A stretch of 64,000 bases of DNA from Methanofastidiosum sp. (GTDB lineage: Archaea; Methanobacteriota_B; Thermococci; Methanofastidiosales; Methanofastidiosaceae), in assembly GCA_040771805.1 (NCBI GenBank), contig JAXGZJ010000001.1:1295961-1359960 (forward strand), given 5' to 3'. The position numbers and the translations under genes were made by a program. The notes under the pieces were generated by a model that was given only the letters and a program-made list of their open reading frames with translations, did no database searches and had not been told where the DNA came from. Below, one piece after another: positions 21,793-31,089 of the stretch; positions within the stretch are counted from its first letter, which is position 1; every line of letters begins with the position of its first letter.

Positions 21793-23115
21793 TTAGAATA
21801 GGCCAAATCCACCCAATATTATTATGAATATAGCTACAGGTGCCACCACCCTACATATCCATAACCAAATGGTCTGAAATGCAAAAGGGCCATGTGAGGT
21901 AGTTTCTTTCTTGGCAATATCTGGTATTATCCAGCCGACAAATAGAGATATTAATAACCCCCCTACTGTCAACAGGATATTGTTAGAAATGAAATCTAGT
22001 AGGTCTAAGAAACTCATCCCTAATACGTTTAAAGAAACTGCGCCTTGTGACAATGCCGAAGGTATACCTAAGAGAAAGATAACTCCACCTATACTTAAAG
22101 CAGCCTTATGTCTTGGCCACTTAAGATTATCTATGGCATATGCTACGACAACTTCTAGTAAGGAAATTGCAGATGTGAGTGCTGCTACACATAATAGTAG
22201 GAAAAACAATGCAGACCATATTTGGCCTCCAGGCATTAATGCGAATACTTTTGGTAGTGTAATGAAAGTAAGTCCTGGTCCTGCACCTGGTTCTGCTCCA
22301 AATGCAAATACTGTTGGAAAAATTACAAATCCAGCAAGAAATGCCGCGGAAGTATCTAGTAATGTAATAATTGCAGCAGCTTTTGGTAAAGAATCCTTCT
22401 TTGATTTAATATAGCTTCCATATGTTATCATGCACCCCATACCCAACGATAGTGAGAAAAATGCTTGTCCAAGTGCAGCAAGGATGGTTTTCCCCGTAAT
22501 CTTAGAAAAGTCTGGATTAAGATAGAAGTCTATACCTGCAAACGCACCGGGTAACGTAACTGCTCTAATAATCAATATTACTAAGATTGCAAATAATGCT
22601 GGCATCAATATTTTGCAAGTGTCTTCAATTCCTTTTCCAACACCCCTATACACAACAAATATTGTAATGGCCATAAAAATAGCAAGATACAATACAGTTT
22701 GGGGTCCATTTGCTATGAAGTTAAGAAAATACTCTGTCGAATCAGTACTTGTAGAAATCATACCCGTAAATGAACTGATTATATATTTTATTGTCCACCC
22801 TCCAATTACAGAGTAAAACGATAGGATGACAAATCCCGCTATTACCCCCATCCATCCAGCTATCTGCCAAGGTCCCCCTTTAAGTTTTTGGAATGCACCA
22901 ACAGCATTCAGATTTGTATGCCTGCCTATTGCAAATTCAGCCAACATAACTGAAAAACCAATAGTTAACACAAGTAATAGATATATGAAGACGAATGCAG
23001 CTCCACCATTTGCACCAGCTAAATACGGAAAACGCCATATATTACCAAGTCCAATAGCGGATCCCGCAGCAGCTAGCCAGAAGCCTAGTTTACCGCCCCA
23101 AGATTCTCTTTCCAC
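21793..23115 (-). CDS. sodium-dependent transporter, NSS/SNF family
   Basis: AGSAIGLGNIWRFPY, NGGAAF, QAFFSLSLG; GGAGG SD with GTG start. Confidence 0.95.
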   Translation of the reverse strand: MERESWGGKLGFWLAAAGSAIGLGNIWRFPYLAGANGGAAFVFIYLLLVLTIGFSVMLAEFAIGRHTNLNAVGAFQKLKGGPWQIAGWMGVIAGFVILSFYSVIGGWTIKYIISSFTGMISTSTDSTEYFLNFIANGPQTVLYLAIFMAITIFVVYRGVGKGIEDTCKILMPALFAILVILIIRAVTLPGAFAGIDFYLNPDFSKITGKTILAALGQAFFSLSLGMGCMITYGSYIKSKKDSLPKAAAIITLLDTSAAFLAGFVIFPTVFAFGAEPGAGPGLTFITLPKVFALMPGGQIWSALFFLLLCVAALTSAISLLEVVVAYAIDNLKWPRHKAALSIGGVIFLLGIPSALSQGAVSLNVLGMSFLDLLDFISNNILLTVGGLLISLFVGWIIPDIAKKETTSHGPFAFQTIWLWICRVVAPVAIFIIILGGFGLF

Positions 23116-23504
23116 TTTAAAACCTCCTTTTATCTATAATTATTGTCTTGCTAAACTAAAAAAATTAGTTTAACATGACATTGTCTAAATTTTTGTTAAC
23201 TAATATATAAGTTTTACCAATTAAGTTGCTTCATTACATAATATCCTAAAATGAATTTTAATGATTAGATTGTTTATAAATTCTATAATCTCATTTCAAG
23301 AAATTGCAAAATTAAAAAGAGAAATGTTTTAAATATTAAAAGGAAGAAATAATAAAGTGCACAATTTATAGCGGTTATAATCAGCTTATGATTCTAAACT
23401 AGAAAAATAAGGATAGCAATAGATAGTATATTCTGGTATTAATTTTTAATAAGACGAATATATCAAAACCTTTAAAAACTCTTTAGAAATCATTTCATTA
23501 GCTT

Positions 23505-23542
23505 ATGGAATGTGGATTCAAGCGAAACGCTTGCCGAACCAT
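23505..23542 (+). ncRNA. probable eL15 ribosomal-protein leader (5'UTR structure)
   Basis: ATGG...GGATT-CAAGCG-AAA-CGCTTG-CCGAA-CCAT nested hairpin immediately before the AGGAGG SD of rpl15e; resembles the eL15-Euryarchaeota leader. Confidence 0.55.
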
Positions 23543-23556
23543 AAGGAGGGATTTAT

Positions 23557-24141
23557 TTGGGTTATTACAAATATATGGAAGAAGCTTGGAAAAAACCAAA
23601 AGAAGGTTATACGCGAGAGCTTTGGACAGAACGATTAATGCAGTGGAGAAAAGAACCTACAATATTAAAGATTGAGAGACCTACAAGAATCGACAGAGCA
23701 AGAAAACTTGGATACAAAGCAAAAAAAGGATTTATTATTGCTAGAACAAAAGTCGCTAGAGGCGGCAGGAAGAGACCCGCTATAAAAGGTGGAAGGAGAC
23801 CTGCAACTAAAGGTATTTTGAGATATTCACCTAAAAAAAGCCTTAAATGGATTGCTGAAGAGCGTGTCCAAAGAAAATTCCCAAATCTCGAAGTATTAAA
23901 TTCATACTGGGTAGGGGAAGATGGACAGAGAGTATTTTATGAAGTCATCTTAGTTGATCCATTTGCACCAGAGATATTTGCAGATCCAAGGATTAACTGG
24001 ATATGTGAAAGACAGCATAAGAGAAGAGTTTTCAGGGGTTTGACGTCTGCAGGAAAACGATCTAGGGGACTTAGAAATAAAGGAAAAGGTGCCGAGAAGT
24101 TAAGACCTTCACTTAAAGCCCGAGGAAACAGAGGTAAGTAA
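23557..24141 (+). CDS. rpl15e: 50S ribosomal protein L15e
   Basis: [41 protein letters not shown]. Confidence 0.98.
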   Translation: MGYYKYMEEAWKKPKEGYTRELWTERLMQWRKEPTILKIERPTRIDRARKLGYKAKKGFIIARTKVARGGRKRPAIKGGRRPATKGILRYSPKKSLKWIAEERVQRKFPNLEVLNSYWVGEDGQRVFYEVILVDPFAPEIFADPRINWICERQHKRRVFRGLTSAGKRSRGLRNKGKGAEKLRPSLKARGNRGK

Positions 24142-24143
24142 GG

Positions 24144-24572
24144 TTGAATCCGTTTGGTATCGCATGGGTACAATTAGAAACTTTTTCACATGCAACTGAA
24201 GACATTGAGAAGGTAAAATTTTTACTTTCTAAATTTTTTTCTTTTGATATTATTTTTATGGAAAATAAGACATATGGACACTTTGGCAATGAAATTATTA
24301 TGGTCAAAGTTGAACTTACAAAAAATAAGGAGATTAAATATTTTATATCTAATTTTTTATCAATTGTAAACAAAGACTATATACTTGAAACAATAGAAAA
24401 GCGAGTAGATGAAGAAGGAGTATTATTTATCAGGATGAACAAAGAACGAGTGTATGAAGATGACTTTACCATTGATGATAATGGGGATATATTACTCTCT
24501 ATGAAGTTTGTCACATATCCAAAAAGTAGAGAAAGGGTTATTGAAAATGGAAAGTTTTTATTCCGCAATTGA
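24144..24572 (+). CDS. RNA-binding protein DUF54 (exosome-operon associated)
   Basis: HATEDIEKV, GHFGNEI; conserved position between rpl15e and rnp3. Confidence 0.85.
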   Translation: MNPFGIAWVQLETFSHATEDIEKVKFLLSKFFSFDIIFMENKTYGHFGNEIIMVKVELTKNKEIKYFISNFLSIVNKDYILETIEKRVDEEGVLFIRMNKERVYEDDFTIDDNGDILLSMKFVTYPKSRERVIENGKFLFRN

Positions 24573-25167
24573 TCTTAGAGGTTATCCTTCTCAGTATTTC
24601 GCTAAAACGGCAATAGTTAAAGAAGTTAACATAGAAAACTATAGGGATGTTATTGATAGCTTTGTAGATAATAAGCATAAGAATTCTCTTTTTGGAATAG
24701 AAATTAATGATGAATCTAAAAATGTTAAGAAAATTGTAAGAAAAGCAGATAGCATGGACGTAATATTTTTTAAGAGTAGGGATTCAAAGGAAAATCGCGA
24801 AGCTCTTAAAAATAAAGAATTGACTTTAGTTTCAAATCCAGATAATCTCGATAGTGTGTGTTTCAATCTAGCCAAGGAAAACTCTATTGGTTTTGAATTA
24901 AATCTCCAAGAATTTATTAATAATCAAAGATACAGGCGAGTAAAAGTTTTAGAAACTTATAGAGAATTATTGAAGGCATACAAAAAATACTCATTTCCAA
25001 TAGTATTGACCTCAGGCGCCAAGGATATTTATGAAAAAAAGACTCCTTTGACCCTTATTTCCTTTGGATGTATTCTTGGAATGGATATAAGAGAATCCAA
25101 AGCTTCAATAACTACAGTACCTGAAATGTTAATTTACAAAAATCAAAAATCTTTTGCAAGAAGATAA
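24547..25167 (+). CDS. rnp3: ribonuclease P protein component 3 (Rpp30)
   Basis: NREAL, LAKENSIGFELNL, PIVLTSGA; synteny with rpl15e. Confidence 0.85.
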   Translation: MESFYSAIDLRGYPSQYFAKTAIVKEVNIENYRDVIDSFVDNKHKNSLFGIEINDESKNVKKIVRKADSMDVIFFKSRDSKENREALKNKELTLVSNPDNLDSVCFNLAKENSIGFELNLQEFINNQRYRRVKVLETYRELLKAYKKYSFPIVLTSGAKDIYEKKTPLTLISFGCILGMDIRESKASITTVPEMLIYKNQKSFARR

Positions 25168-25295
25168 ATTAGCGCCCCATATCTAAATATAATTTTCAAT
25201 AGAATGTCCAGTAATATCTCATTTTTGGTCACTTCTTTTGTAAAAAAATGAAAAAAATGTTATCTATTAAAATATCTAAAAAATAACATATGATA

Positions 25296-25664
25296 TTATT
25301 TTTTCTTTTTAAAAGCATCTGATAACATATCTTTAAGACTCTTTTTAGGTGCAGTTGTTTTTACAGTTGTTTGAGTGGCTTTTTGATCAACTTTAATTGC
25401 TTCTTGCTCTCGCTTAACCATTATTTCTTCTCCTTTACCCGCTTTGTAGACCACTTTGCCTTTTTCAACTACGTCAACATTCCACTGCGTATTCTTTGAT
25501 ACTTCCTTTTGAGCCATGTTTTCGGCCACACCTCTTATTTTAGAGTCTGACCAATCTGGGTGCTGCTCTTTTAACTCTATAATATATTTTTCTGTAAATT
25601 GTTTTCTTAAATCCATTATCATTTTATTTCTTTCAGCCATTGTTATAGTTGGTCTATCTCCCAT
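25296..25664 (-). CDS. basic hypothetical protein
   Basis: Strong GGAGGG SD; 122 aa, Lys-rich C-terminus. Confidence 0.75.
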   Translation of the reverse strand: MGDRPTITMAERNKMIMDLRKQFTEKYIIELKEQHPDWSDSKIRGVAENMAQKEVSKNTQWNVDVVEKGKVVYKAGKGEEIMVKREQEAIKVDQKATQTTVKTTAPKKSLKDMLSDAFKKKK

Positions 25665-25756
25665 TATAATCCCTCCTTACTTCTAATTTATATTATTTTC
25701 ATGAGAATACGACTATTAAAAGATATTGGTTAATTTTACCAAATAGATTGTTTCTC

Positions 25757-26479
25757 CTAAAACAATCCTTTTCTATGTCTGTGCCTATGCTTACCTTGAC
25801 TATTAGCTTTTCTTACATATATGTCCTTTGCAATACTTTTTTCTAATGCAATTTGAGTTTCATCTATCTGGACTATGAAAGTAGGAAAGGTTTGCAGTAT
25901 CCTTATTTTAGACCCTGGGCTTAAACCCAAGGTGGATAGTCTTTGTAATCTAGGATAACTTTTTGTAACTATATATATGATGTTGCCTTCCTCTCCTGAA
26001 CCCATATCACTAAGAGACTCTATTACAGGCTCTAAGATTTTTGATACATTTTTGCAGCAATTACCAGAGGGAATCTCAAATCCATGTGGGCAAATACTAG
26101 GATGGCCCAAAAGAGTACATATTGAGTCTTCAAGTCCTTCAGTTATAGTATGTTCAAGTTTACACGCTGGCTCTTCTATCTCATCAATTGTCATCTGTAA
26201 TATATCTTTTAGGAGTCTTTCAGTTAATCTATGCTTTCTTATTATTTTTCTTCCGATTTCTTCCCCTTTCTTTTTAAATTTGATTTTATTTTTCTCTATC
26301 TCAATATAATTTTCCTTTTTTAGATTATCTAGGACTTCTTCAGGAGACATTCCCTCAGCTATTTCAGAAAAATTGCATCTTACATATATACCTTTGACAA
26401 AATTTTCAATCGTTTCATCATTTTGCTCTCTCATAGTCCATATATGTTCAAGTGATTCTTCAATAATCTCTTTTTGCAT
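25757..26479 (-). CDS. DtxR-family protein with degenerate HTH and C-terminal FeoA domain
   Basis: RKHRLTERLL, ACKLEH, CPHG..IPSGNCC, then FeoA motif RLSTLGLSPG...IAL. Confidence 0.88.
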   Translation of the reverse strand: MQKEIIEESLEHIWTMREQNDETIENFVKGIYVRCNFSEIAEGMSPEEVLDNLKKENYIEIEKNKIKFKKKGEEIGRKIIRKHRLTERLLKDILQMTIDEIEEPACKLEHTITEGLEDSICTLLGHPSICPHGFEIPSGNCCKNVSKILEPVIESLSDMGSGEEGNIIYIVTKSYPRLQRLSTLGLSPGSKIRILQTFPTFIVQIDETQIALEKSIAKDIYVRKANSQGKHRHRHRKGLF

Positions 26480-26491
26480 ACGATCCCTCTT

Positions 26492-28402
26492 TCAAAATAA
26501 TATCCCAAAATATTTTAGAAATATATTTGTTATTCCTCCAATCATAACAGCATACACTAATACAAAAATGAATATCATCGCCGCTATTTTTGGCCCCCTC
26601 TCTTTTATTATTACAAAAAGATTTGCAATACATGGAACAAAGAGAGTTATGACTATTAGACTAACAACTGTCTGTAAGTTGTTCATCAGTCCAATATCTT
26701 GTAATTGAAATAATCCTGCGGCACCATAATCTCTTCTAAAGAATCCCATTAAAAATGCTCTAGCTGCTTCTTTTGGTAGTTCTAAAAAATCTACAACAAT
26801 TGGAGAGAATAGTTTCTCTATTATAACAAGTATATTAAACTCATTCAAGAAAAACAAGAATAAAGTTCCAAGTATAAAAATCGGTATTACTTCTTTTGCA
26901 TACCACTCTAATCTCATTAAGGTCTTATACAAAATATTTGAGAGTTTAGGTACTCTTAGAGGAGGTAATTCCATTATAAAATCTGAGGATTGGCCCTTAA
27001 TTATTTTAGATGATAGCGCACCTATAAGAACTAGTTGAAGTAAAACTACTAAAAAAATGAAAAGTAGTGCATAAAATGAAAGTGATGAAGCCATAGCGAA
27101 AATAACTGCTATTTGGGCAGAACAAGGCACTCCCAATGCCAATAATAGCGTTGCAATGAGTCTTTCTTTTTTTGAATCTAAAGTTCTTACTGTGATTGTA
27201 GCCATTGTAACACAACCACAACCCAATATCAAAGGTAAAATAGCCTTTCCATTTAATCCTAAAAATTTGAGTGGTTTGTTTCCCATTACTGCAAGTCGTG
27301 GAAAATAACCAGAGTCCTCAAGAAGGCCAAATGCTATGAAAAATGTTAGTACAATTGGAAAAATAATTGCAATTGCATATGTTAAGGCCATTGTAATTAC
27401 TCCAAATTCTCCTACAAACATTCTAGAAATAAAATCATTAATAATATATTTTTCAAAAAGAATTTTCATTGAAGGATTAATTATCCTACCAAAAAGATTT
27501 TCTTCTAAGAATTCTACCATTATTTGTGCCCCAAGAAAACCAACAAATTCATAGAGTAGTAATACTATGCTTAAAAATATAGGTATTCCTGTAATAGGGC
27601 TTAATGTCAAATTACTTAGTTTTTCTGATAAATGTGTCTTTAAAACTTTTTCTTCCTCTTTTACTTTTCTCAAAATATGCAAAACTTCTTCTCTTCTTTT
27701 TTCACGGATATAATAAAAAAGAGGTACAGATATCGATTTTTTTGCATGTTCAATTATTTCTTTTGCCTCACTAATCTTTGTTTGATCTTTCAGATTTTTT
27801 TCGGCAAATGATTCATCAGATAATGCCATTATTGCTTTTCCCTTATTTCCAAATATTTTTGATAATTTTTCAATGGAATCATTTAACTTTCCATAATTCA
27901 CTTTAACATGTGCTTTTGAAGAGTTCAGGATAGTTTTCTTCATTTTGTCGATACCCTTTCCTTCTACCGCCACAGTTTCAACTACTGGAACACCAAGTAT
28001 TTTTGACAATCTATCTATGTCAATAAAGACACCTTTTCTTCTTGCTTCGTCAGCCATATTTAATACAAGAGTAAAAGGTAATTCTAATTCAGAAAGTTCG
28101 GAGGATATCATCAGGGCCCTCTGGAGATTTTTTTCGTCTGCAACTTGGACCACAAAATCTATATCCCCTGAAATAAGGACATTCCTAGTAACTTCTTCGT
28201 CTTCAGACATTGGAATAAGGCTATTTGAGCCGGGTGTATCAATTATGTCAACTTTTTTTAGTCCAAGTAGTCCTTTACCCTTAGATAATTCAACTGTTGT
28301 TCCGGGATAATTGGATACTGTTACATATTTGCCAGTTAGATGTGAAAAAATTACACTTTTGCCAACATTTGGGCTTCCTACTAATGCTATTATAGTATTC
28401 AT
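26492..28402 (-). CDS. feoB: ferrous iron transporter FeoB
   Basis: GSPNVGKS, NYPGTTV, DTPG, NMADE, LEDSGYFPR, FIMELPP, FVPCIA. Confidence 0.96.
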   Translation of the reverse strand: MNTIIALVGSPNVGKSVIFSHLTGKYVTVSNYPGTTVELSKGKGLLGLKKVDIIDTPGSNSLIPMSEDEEVTRNVLISGDIDFVVQVADEKNLQRALMISSELSELELPFTLVLNMADEARRKGVFIDIDRLSKILGVPVVETVAVEGKGIDKMKKTILNSSKAHVKVNYGKLNDSIEKLSKIFGNKGKAIMALSDESFAEKNLKDQTKISEAKEIIEHAKKSISVPLFYYIREKRREEVLHILRKVKEEEKVLKTHLSEKLSNLTLSPITGIPIFLSIVLLLYEFVGFLGAQIMVEFLEENLFGRIINPSMKILFEKYIINDFISRMFVGEFGVITMALTYAIAIIFPIVLTFFIAFGLLEDSGYFPRLAVMGNKPLKFLGLNGKAILPLILGCGCVTMATITVRTLDSKKERLIATLLLALGVPCSAQIAVIFAMASSLSFYALLFIFLVVLLQLVLIGALSSKIIKGQSSDFIMELPPLRVPKLSNILYKTLMRLEWYAKEVIPIFILGTLFLFFLNEFNILVIIEKLFSPIVVDFLELPKEAARAFLMGFFRRDYGAAGLFQLQDIGLMNNLQTVVSLIVITLFVPCIANLFVIIKERGPKIAAMIFIFVLVYAVMIGGITNIFLKYFGILF

Positions 28403-28842
28403 CTGTTACTCCTCTTACAAACGTCACAATTGTTATCAGGATTACATTTTGGTATTTCTTTGCCACAGGGGCATATGGAGGGCCCCCCCATCATTTTGCA
28501 TAAAGCATCAGTGACTTCGTTAGAGATACAATGCTCCATCCTACATGCTTCATCATGAATTTTCTCTGGAGCAATATATAAATATTCGGAAAGAAATACT
28601 TCGGCTATCCTATGTTTTCGTTTAATTTTGTTAGCTATACTAAGTCCTTTTTTTGTTAATGTAGCTCCTTTGTAAGGTTTGTAAAAAATCAGGTTGTTTT
28701 TATTTAGTCTCTGGATCATCTCAGTTACACTTGATGGTGAAACTCCCAAATGCTGAGCAAGATCTGTTGTCCTAGCTAAATTCTTTTCTAAAACTAAGTC
28801 TAATATAGCTTCCAAATACTCTTCAACGTCCTGTTTTGGCAT
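28399..28842 (-). CDS. DtxR/MntR family metal-dependent regulator with Cys-rich tail
   Basis: EEYLEAI, LAQHLGVSPSSVTEM HTH, RKHRIAE, ACRMEH, CPCG..C..CxxC; start at ATG 28842. Confidence 0.92.
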   Translation of the reverse strand: MPKQDVEEYLEAILDLVLEKNLARTTDLAQHLGVSPSSVTEMIQRLNKNNLIFYKPYKGATLTKKGLSIANKIKRKHRIAEVFLSEYLYIAPEKIHDEACRMEHCISNEVTDALCKMMGGPSICPCGKEIPKCNPDNNCDVCKRSNR

Positions 28843-28853
28843 TAAATCAATAA

Positions 28854-28872
28854 TTAGTTTCGGTTGACCTAA
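28854..28872 (-). promoter_or_regulatory. DtxR-box operator
   Basis: Minus strand TTAGGTCAACCGAAACTAA matches DtxR consensus TTAGGTTAGCCTAACCTAA at 15/19; it abuts a TATA (CTTATAAA, 28873-28880) and ends 11 nt before the dtxR ATG. Confidence 0.75.
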
Positions 28873-28911
28873 TTTATAAGTTTTTTGGTGTATTAAAATA
28901 AGAAAACACAA

Positions 28912-29565
28912 TCATTTGTCAAATAAATTACTATACATAACATCTGGCGGAAGTATATTTTTCAAGAAAAAATATGTTTTATTTTTTGGTTTAATGGTAA
29001 GTACCCGCATTATATCTTCTTCTGTGTCTAAATCATAATATAAAGACTCAGAATAATGTATTTGAACGGGTATTTTTTTCTTCATAAATTCAGAAAAATG
29101 TTTCTGAAAACTTTTTTCTCCAAAATTTAATTTAAATTTTTTATCGAGGGGCAATAGTATTGCTGAAGTCCCATCTCTATTTGAAGGAGAAATGACTCCG
29201 CCCGGAGTTTTGGACAAACGGATAAGATCTTTAATATCTTTCTCATTGATGAAAGGAAGATCTATTGGTAATATCAATACTTTTTTTTCTTTTTCTTTTA
29301 GGATGTTTATCCCTTTTTCTAAAGCCTTGTTTAAATCTTCTTCATCTTCGAAGATTATTTCAATCCCAAGATTTTGAGGAATTAATGTCATGTTTTCTTT
29401 TTTTGTAAGCAAATAAATTTCAATTTCTGGAAATTTTTTAAGCAGCGAGATCATATCCTCTATTAGTGCAATTACTAAGCATGTTTTATTTTCCCCTAAA
29501 ATACTGCCTAGCCTAGATTTAGAAACATTAACATACTTTAAAGGAAGAATTACGGGCAGGGTCAT
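28912..29565 (-). CDS. cofC: 2-phospho-L-lactate/PEP guanylyltransferase
   Basis: PLK...KSRL, LNKAL, PIDLP, GTSA, FGEKSFQKH, DLDTEED. Confidence 0.9.
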   Translation of the reverse strand: MTLPVILPLKYVNVSKSRLGSILGENKTCLVIALIEDMISLLKKFPEIEIYLLTKKENMTLIPQNLGIEIIFEDEEDLNKALEKGINILKEKEKKVLILPIDLPFINEKDIKDLIRLSKTPGGVISPSNRDGTSAILLPLDKKFKLNFGEKSFQKHFSEFMKKKIPVQIHYSESLYYDLDTEEDIMRVLTIKPKNKTYFFLKNILPPDVMYSNLFDK

Positions 29566-30488
29566 TCAATCATCTTGTTGAGGACAAATTTAGATAGCCT
29601 TGTTCTATCATTTCTTGTATTCATTAGTGTATTTGTCATTAATACTTCTATGTCAAGCTCTCTTTTTATTCGCTCTGCTATATTCGATTCAATCTTGTCA
29701 ACTATAAATATGTCTAATAAGTCTTCATAGTATTTTGCCACGCCAAAAGAATTAACCTCGTAGTTTAAAGATTTCATCATTGTGGCAAGAGGTCCCTTAA
29801 CAGCTCTCCCTTGGATAAGGGGAGAAATTCCGATAACTTTTTTTTTTCTTATACGTTTCTTTATACTTTTAAGGGAAAGTATTGTGCCTATACTCACAAG
29901 AGGATTGGAAGGTGGTATTATCACCCAATCAGAATCCTTAAGAGTATTCAGAAAATTTTCAGAGGGGCTTGCATTTTTTTTGCCTTTATATATAATTTTT
30001 TTAATATCGCCTTCAAGTTTTTTTATATAATATTCTTCAAAATGAACTGTGCAACTCTCCATTTGAATATGTGTTTGAAAGAAATCATCTGTCATTGGTA
30101 ATATAGGGATGTTGATCCCAAATTTTTTACATAGCTCAGATGTAACTTCTGTTAAAGATTTTCCAGTTTTTAAAAGCTCCGTTCGCTTTATGTGAACTGC
30201 TAAATCTTTGTCCCCTAGTTTTATCCAATCTTCATGTCCCAACAATTTCAGGTAATTCTGACATACGAAAGAATCTTTATTTATGCCCCATCCTTTTTTA
30301 ATATCAAGCTCTCCAGAGAGAGTATACATAAGTGTATCGACATCAGGAGATAAATGTAGTCCATAAATCTCAATATCGTCACCAGTATTCGCAATAACTG
30401 AAAAGTTCTGAGTCAGCCTAGAAAGACCGTCTACAAATTTAGCACCTCCCCCTCCTCCAGAAAGAACAGTTATCAGTTTACCACCCAT
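29562..30488 (-). CDS. cofD: 2-phospho-L-lactate transferase
   Basis: LSGGGGGAKF, NTGDD, SPDVDT, LGDKDLA, PMTD, PSNPLVSI, KGP. Confidence 0.95.
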   Translation of the reverse strand: MGGKLITVLSGGGGGAKFVDGLSRLTQNFSVIANTGDDIEIYGLHLSPDVDTLMYTLSGELDIKKGWGINKDSFVCQNYLKLLGHEDWIKLGDKDLAVHIKRTELLKTGKSLTEVTSELCKKFGINIPILPMTDDFFQTHIQMESCTVHFEEYYIKKLEGDIKKIIYKGKKNASPSENFLNTLKDSDWVIIPPSNPLVSIGTILSLKSIKKRIRKKKVIGISPLIQGRAVKGPLATMMKSLNYEVNSFGVAKYYEDLLDIFIVDKIESNIAERIKRELDIEVLMTNTLMNTRNDRTRLSKFVLNKMIE

Positions 30489-31077
30489 TAAGATGAATTA
30501 CGTCATTTAAATCTCTTCTTTTTGGCTTTATTGGATCTTCATCTGGTATTCCAATTAATAGAATCTCCTGCGGTAAAATATGATTGGGTATTCTAAGGAC
30601 ATCTCTTATATCTTCTGGGCAAAAAAGAGGCGCACAAAGCCATAATACTCCAAATCCTTTTTCAGTTGCCTTAAGTAAAATATTTCCTGAAGCTAATGCA
30701 ACACTCTGTACTCCCATAATAAATTCTGCATTATCCCTCTCATCCCCATATTTTTCAACTTTTGAGGTATCAAAACAAGGGATAATTATGAATGGAGCAT
30801 TATTTATTCTCTCTTTTGATAAGTTAATCTTTTCCTCAATTTCATATTGGGATTTTCCATCTTTTTTTAGATTATTTACCCAGGTTGAAGCCATTTTGGA
30901 AGATAGTTTTTCTTTTATTTCATCTGAATCTATTAAAACAAATTCCCATGGTTGTAAATTATGGGCTGACGGAGCTTGAATTGCTGCTTTAATTAAAGAT
31001 GTCACATATTCCCTTTCAATTGGGATATTTTTAAATTTTCTTACTGTTTTTCTTCTTGTTATTAGATCAAAATCCAT
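30478..31077 (-). CDS. FMN-dependent nitroreductase, FbiB C-terminal/FbiE-like (putative dehydro-F420-0 reductase)
   Basis: RRKTVRKF, APSAHNLQPW, M..TW..NL.KDG, AP.IIIP, Y.D..D.AE..M, W.CAPLF; overlaps the cofD start. Confidence 0.8.
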   Translation of the reverse strand: MDFDLITRRKTVRKFKNIPIEREYVTSLIKAAIQAPSAHNLQPWEFVLIDSDEIKEKLSSKMASTWVNNLKKDGKSQYEIEEKINLSKERINNAPFIIIPCFDTSKVEKYGDERDNAEFIMGVQSVALASGNILLKATEKGFGVLWLCAPLFCPEDIRDVLRIPNHILPQEILLIGIPDEDPIKPKRRDLNDVIHLNGW

Positions 31078-31089
31078 ATTCTCCTCTTT

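Noticed and set aside
28843..28911. N-terminal extension of the DtxR ORF (MCFLILIH...)
   Set aside because: It spans the TATA box and operator; family homology begins at MPKQDVEEY.
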